Shown in pieces: positions 57,489 to 64,000 of a stretch of 64,000 bases of DNA; position 1 is the stretch's first letter, and each line of letters begins with the position of its first letter. Under the pieces are notes generated by a model. It was given only the letters and a program-made list of their open reading frames with translations. It had not been told where the DNA came from and made no database searches. The position numbers were made by a program, and so were the translations under genes. This DNA comes from Octopus vulgaris. Taxonomy: Eukaryota. The stretch is taken from assembly GCA_951406725.2 (NCBI GenBank), contig OX597815.1, forward strand, positions 86,118,001-86,182,000. The letters are read 5' to 3'.

Positions 57489-57787
57489 AATTAAAATCCA
57501 TATATATGTATATGTACATATATATATATCTTATATGTAGAAAAATACAAACTGGGACAAGAACGTAAAACATTTAGAAGACGATATAAAAAACACGGAC
57601 GGGACATTCGAAGCCTTCAATCTTCAGTCAAGAACCGGATCATCCCAGCAATTTCGGCTGATTAATCTTGAGATCGGTCTGATCCGGCCAGCCCCAAGGA
57701 AAAACTAAGCTACGAGCATTAGATTTCTTGGAAGAAGAATCGAATGTATACGAAACAGGGATATATATATATATATGGAGACCGCAA

Positions 57788-57827
<40 letters not shown>

Positions 57828-57934
57828 TTGCGGTCTCCAGCATAGCCACAGCCTTAAGGCTGAAACATGAAAAAGAATAAAAGAATGTATATATATATAT
57901 ATATATATGCATAGTGAGAGAGATAGAGAGATAG

Positions 57935-57988
<54 letters not shown>

Positions 57989-60249
57989 GGAGAGCGAGGG
58001 AGATATATATATAAATTATAAATATATCTGTGAATGTATATTTACATGGGGAGGTAATGAGATAGAGATAAAGAGAGAGAAAGGGAAGACAAAGAGAAAC
58101 GAAGATAGAACACGAAACGCAGGAGTTTATCTCGTGAGTGAATTTGAAATATTTCACGATAATTGCAAGTCTTATTAACTATTTTGTTGTGTTTTCTTCA
58201 AAATTTGGCTCACCTCCCGTATTTTGGTAGAATTTACAAAATTTTGGCACTTCCTCCAAACGTTTATGCTGAATTAAATTCATCAAGTATATTTGATATA
58301 TCAAGTTTTATGTAAGCTTCAATTTCAAAACAAACATCCGTTTTAAACCTTGCTTCGTTTAGCAGTGAATTAGATAACAAGACAAATTCTCTTTTGCATG
58401 ATTTTACAAATGTGACTGATCAGATATTGTCAGATAATATTTTTATCAAATGTTCTACATCCAACTGCTTTCTTGCGAGCTCACTGTTGTTATTTCTTAG
58501 TAATGTTGTAAGGCCATATCGGAATGTTTTGCTCTTTACTCTAGGCATAGTATATTACAGTTTAAGGCAAAGTGTGAAACATAAAGGGACTCTAAATGTA
58601 AAGTGTAAACTCGATTTAAGAGGTATTACCATCAAATATCAGTGATTAGATGGCATGATGCGCTTTCAAAATTCTGACGAAGCCGACCATGTTTTAATGA
58701 TATTTTACTTGGTTTTTATCTTACAAATTAAGCTAATACGTGTACATATGAAGCACGTGTGTGCAATCTCTCACCTCACCCGCCTCACACAAATATCACG
58801 CTTATGAGATAGCACTCCAAGCTAATTATATAACAGGTTAATTTATAGAAATTGATTAATAAAAACGTGAAATTAGAAGCATTTCAAAAGATAATTAAAC
58901 AAAAATAAAAAAAGGAAAAAGAAAAGAACGAAAGATAAAGAACTTATGTGAAAAAGCTAAATATGAACACAGAATCGAAGAGAAATCGATATATCACCAG
59001 AGAGCTACGGGATGTCGATAGTTTATTTGGTACATAACTGGATTTGTTGTGTAGTTGTGCCGATGAAGGAGGAGTACTCAGGAGGTTGTTATGTCATGTA
59101 ATACAATGACACATGCAGCACCTGCTGCTGTAAAATACATATATATTTTTGTGTGTAATAGTACAGTATATCGTGTTACAACTATGGATACAGGCAAACA
59201 ACATTCGGTTGGCTTATTTAGTCACTGATAAAGCGCGCGTTATAAGTGACAAGCTGTTTCAAGCGAGCTATAGTGTTACGTTCACTTGGAATCAAGGTGT
59301 AATATTCTACCAGGAATCAATGAAAGCAGTACTACTACCATGCGGATTTAAAGTGTGAAGAAAATCGAAGAAATAGAATATCCTGAAATTTAATTATCAT
59401 TAAGGAAAAATTGTAGTCTGCCATCGGGATTTCAAATAAGAAAATGTATAATTTATAAGATTTTTCTCTGTAGAAAATACAGGTGTATAAAAGTACTCGT
59501 ATTCGAATCTATTTAACTTAATTACATTTTTGCAGGAGTGTCATGGCAAAAATGTCATTGATGCAAACGGATGTAAACATGCAATTTCAGTCTAAACTCT
59601 CATGCACGCTTAACATATACAAATACAAATATGCTCTCCCATATATACACACACATACTCATACATAGACATATATGCATACGCGCTCGTGAGTGTGAGT
59701 GTTTGAATGTGCATGTGTAAAATGGTTTGAGAAGATGCATAGTTTCAGTCCCACGGGTAGAACGTGACCTTTTTTACCTATCTAATATTTTTAATCCAAT
59801 ATACTATAAACTATTTTCACAGCATGATTCTCTTCCATATTTACCGTTAAATGACCTAGAAGAACCAATTCTTTTCCTCTTTTCCGTCTCGGTTAGAATC
59901 GAAGTTATCTAAATAAATTATACAGGCAAACCTGTACGTCATCAGAAGGAATAAAGTAAGGAGCACAATATTGTTTTATTCACAGCTGTGCAGCTATAAG
60001 TAAGAACCGTGAAGTCACTATTTCTTGTCGCTTACATTGGCAATACTGTAATGTGGTTTACTTAGTCACATACATACCCGCATGCACACATGCATACACA
60101 TAGAGATACACACAAACATACATACATTATGTATACATGTATGTATCACTCTCTGTTTTTCACTATCTCTCTCACACTATACATATATAAATGTACACCC
60201 ACCCACCCAGCTACACACACACACGCACGCACACACGCACTCACACACA

Positions 60250-60323
<74 letters not shown>

Positions 60324-61305
60324 CATGTACATATGTATATATGTATACTTCAGGATTAATTAAGAATCGAGACATGGCAACACAAAAGAAGCTATGAAAT
60401 GGCTAGGTATAATTACATAAATTTCATTATTAAATAATACATTGTATACATCAGATGTTGAGATGATATTGTAGTTATGTAAATATAAAATCCAATCCAA
60501 TCACCCACATTCCAACACATTAGTGGATCTTTGGTGTGGCGTAAATATAAATTAGTGACACAGAAATGCTGTCTAAATTACCGACAGTTATTTTGGTAGA
60601 AATTTATACAATGTAACCATAACAGATTATATGGTAGTACGTAATTCGCCCATCATCAGGCTTGACTTAATTTAGATGGTCAATGAATGACAAATTTACT
60701 TATGTCGGCTAGTAATGTTTTCAACTTGAACGTGAAATTAATAGAAGAGAAAGTAGGGGTGATCGAATGTGCAATTAACATAGAAAATCATAGAAGAACA
60801 GAGAAACAAAAAGAACTCTAATTCAAATCTAACTTATGGTCCAACGCAGAAGCATCAAAATAATTTGAGGTTGCAATAGAGAGGGTGGTGGTCAGTGTGT
60901 ATATTAAATGGTCATCGAATACGTAGCAGATTTCCCATCCTTGAAACAGAGACAAATACAAGTAAAATAAACCAGCATAAAACATCTTAACAGTTGTTCT
61001 TACCCATTTCTCGATACCTACATTTAAACAGATTAAAAAAACTATATACACGAACACATAAACACAGACCCCAGTAACAAACCGAGGAAAACAATACAGA
61101 AAAGGGAGATAGTATTGATGAACCACAATTGATTTGCATCAATTATTATTTATTAATAATTGAGGAAAATCAATTGCTGTTCATCAGTGTTGTCTCCATT
61201 TTCTGTTTCTTTAAATTTTGATCTTTTTGATTCCTGATAAACTGTTTATCCTTGCCTTTACCTATAATCTATGAGCATAATATTTTTGCCCATGTTTAAA
61301 AATGC

Positions 61306-61353
<48 letters not shown>

Positions 61354-62018
61354 ATACACTCACATATATATGCATACACAAACACACATATATTATACAT
61401 AAATACATACATACGTACATATATATATATATGTCCAAACTGAATTTGTATTGAATTTCAAATTCCTTGTCTTGCTTGGACCGTCGAGAGGAACCTTCTA
61501 TGAAAACAATCCCAACCCATATTCATCCATTCCTTTTGATATTTTTCATGTATCATTTTGTTTGAATTATTTATTTACATTTCGGCGATTTCGCTCAGAA
61601 ATCGAGTTATTCACTTTTCATTGGAAACCTTGCTAAAATGTGTACAGAGTAATATTCACATTATATTTACGAAATATTCATTCAGACATGCAGAGACTTA
61701 CACAAATACATACGTACATACATACATACTTACATACACACACATACTTATAGTTCGAATTTCGTAGTATTAAATATATTAAACCAACCGAATATATTGA
61801 ATATCAGTCAATACTTGGATTTAAAGTAAATCCAATATATAAAATGAAACTGTCTCTACTAAAAGTATTGAGCCCTTACAGCAATAAATGTATGAAGTTT
61901 TCTCTTTTTATCTTATACCTTTATACTTTAACATCCCTAACATTAATACCTTTACATGCATACATTTATGCATGAGTGCACCAATATATTTTTTAAATAA
62001 TTTATACATACATATACA

Positions 62019-62052
<34 letters not shown>

Positions 62053-62060
62053 TTCATGTT

Positions 62061-62105
<45 letters not shown>

Positions 62106-62165
62106 GTTGGATATTATGACAAATTTGAGTCAGATAACTGACTCAAATTTGTCATAATATCCAAC
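62106..62165. repeat. Perfect 28 bp-arm hairpin
   Basis: gttggatattatgacaaatttgagtcag-ataa-ctgactcaaatttgtcataatatccaac. Confidence 0.95.
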
Positions 62166-62670
62166 GCAGCAAGTTTTTGTCATCATTGGAGTGCTCATTA
62201 TAATGGCTATTGTCCTCAGGATCGAGTCAATGCTACTAGTATCATAACCAAGTTTTGGGGATACATTTCGATGACAGAGGATGATCAGGAGTCTGAGTTT
62301 GAGCTGTATGCACCTCTTTCACACAGTGTCCAGTGGGGTGTTTGGCAAAAGGGTATCCTGAAGACGAACTTTAATATGTGTCGCATTAAAGCTTCCTTCT
62401 ATAATCTTCAGTCGTGTGGCATGTTGGCATACCATCCACAAGACTGACTCTTTCTTCCAGAATACACGTAGAGTTGCCTTTCAGGACAAAAGAGAAAGAA
62501 AATGACGAACATGACACAGCAAGACCAGGCTCCAAAAGGGATACCAGTTACAGCCTGGACCAACGGTCACATATTAACTTGATTAGCCACAAACAATTTT
62601 CCATTCGACGTTGACAGTTACCTCCATGAATCTTTAACCGCGAAGAAACGGTTATAATGATGATGATGCC
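62140..62670 (+). mobile_element. Degraded RTE-clade LINE 3' end
   Basis: Relics HWSAH (compare RWxGH) and INLISH, a short 3' UTR and an (ATG)n tail after cgaagaaacggtt. Confidence 0.45.
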
Positions 62671-62781
62671 GAATGGTAGCGATGCTGATGATATGTAAGT
62701 ATGTATGTATGTATGTATGTATGTATGTATGTATGTATGTATGTATGTATGTATGTATGTATGTGTCTGTCTGTCTGTTTG

Positions 62782-62845
<64 letters not shown>

Positions 62846-64000
62846 CCTATCTATCTACAAACACCACACACATATGTATGCATACATATTTTATAATCGA
62901 AGTTATCTAATGAAAATAATACATAACATACTCCGAACGAACGGTACAGGATCGCAGATTATGGTAAAAATAATGTTGGTCTATAATAAAACATTTTGAG
63001 TTGTCAAGATTATATGAGAGAACTCAGTTTGCTCCGGGCTTCTTGTGATTTGTGGAGACGGTTGTCTTCGTAAAAATAAATCCAATTTGATGTTCAGCTA
63101 TAAACACAAACATTAACTAATTGACTGAGCGGTTGGGCACACCTGCATTGAAATCGACAAGAGAGTTTATTTATTTGTTCCATGCTGTTAAAACACTTTG
63201 TCATTCTTTAGTGCTTTGCTTGTATGCATTCATGTGCATGAAAGAAGAAAGAATGCAACGTTCGCGAATTTCTCCAAGGTATTCCATATGGTAAATCATA
63301 GCATACTGGTGTGCATGATATATGCGTATATATCAGCACAAATATACGTGAGTAAACACAAGTAAATACTCGTGCACAGGCGTATCTTTGGTTGTGCATA
63401 GAAATATACATATTGATTGCATCACATATGCATACATATATGTGCGTGAGAGCGTGTATACGCGCGTCTGTGTGTGTATATGTGTGTGTGTACGTGTGTG
63501 TGTGCGTGTGTGAAGATACTTATGCATACATGTATATGTGTACGTATACACATCTCGAATATTTATGTAACTGTATGCAGAGAAACACTGTTGAAATTCT
63601 GAAACAGAAGAAATTTATTATAGATCCTTGAATATAATTGGTTAAGACAACATACCTCTAAGCCATTGTCTTGCTCCATATTCATGAAATACCTAAAAGA
63701 AAAAGAAATAAGAACTTGAGAAATACAGAGCCAACAAAATACATGAACCCCACTTTCTGAGAAAGAAAGGGTAAAATATATAAAGCAGAAAATAAATATA
63801 AAGGAAGTATCATTTTAATGAACGTATTATTTGTGAAAGGTATATTTTGGAAATGAAATGCAGCTCCATTTTAAACATCAATAGATGACATGTCAAACAA
63901 TAAAATTTGTAAAACTAAACCGAAATGAAGAATAAGAAGAAAATAAACTATCTTGATTAGTTGTAAATTAAATCGATGTATAATTCAAAGTCAATAGAAA

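Noticed and set aside
57595-57675. Minus-strand CTGAAGA..CGAA and a nearby GAAA as a hammerhead
   Set aside because: I could not build consistent stems in type I, II or III topology. It remains a probable repeat terminus only.

Overview
AT-rich eukaryotic intergenic or intronic DNA saturated with microsatellites ((TA)n, (CA)n, (GA)n, (TAGA)n, (TATG)n, (TAA)n). The SINE content points to an octopod cephalopod (inference). I recognise no host protein-coding gene, and nearly all track ORFs are translated microsatellites. The informative content is mobile DNA. There are several Penelope-like elements (PLEs), including a very young Neptune-type copy at about 50.1-52.8 kb with an open RT-thumb/GIY-YIG frame and ~860 bp inverted pLTR arms. 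There is also a stack of R4/Dong RLE retroelements in a (TAA)n tract, mariner and Tc1 relics, non-autonomous Helitrons, an RTE 3' end, many tRNA-derived SINEs, and a possible Crypton-like element with a small ORF and an unusual hairpin. The most notable signal is a set of minimal type I hammerhead-ribozyme-like motifs in PLE terminal repeats and in tiny coding-free elements. Several have non-canonical cores, including U3-A8 covariation plus A13C in both arms of the youngest PLE. All calls were made by eye, and boundaries are approximate unless stated.
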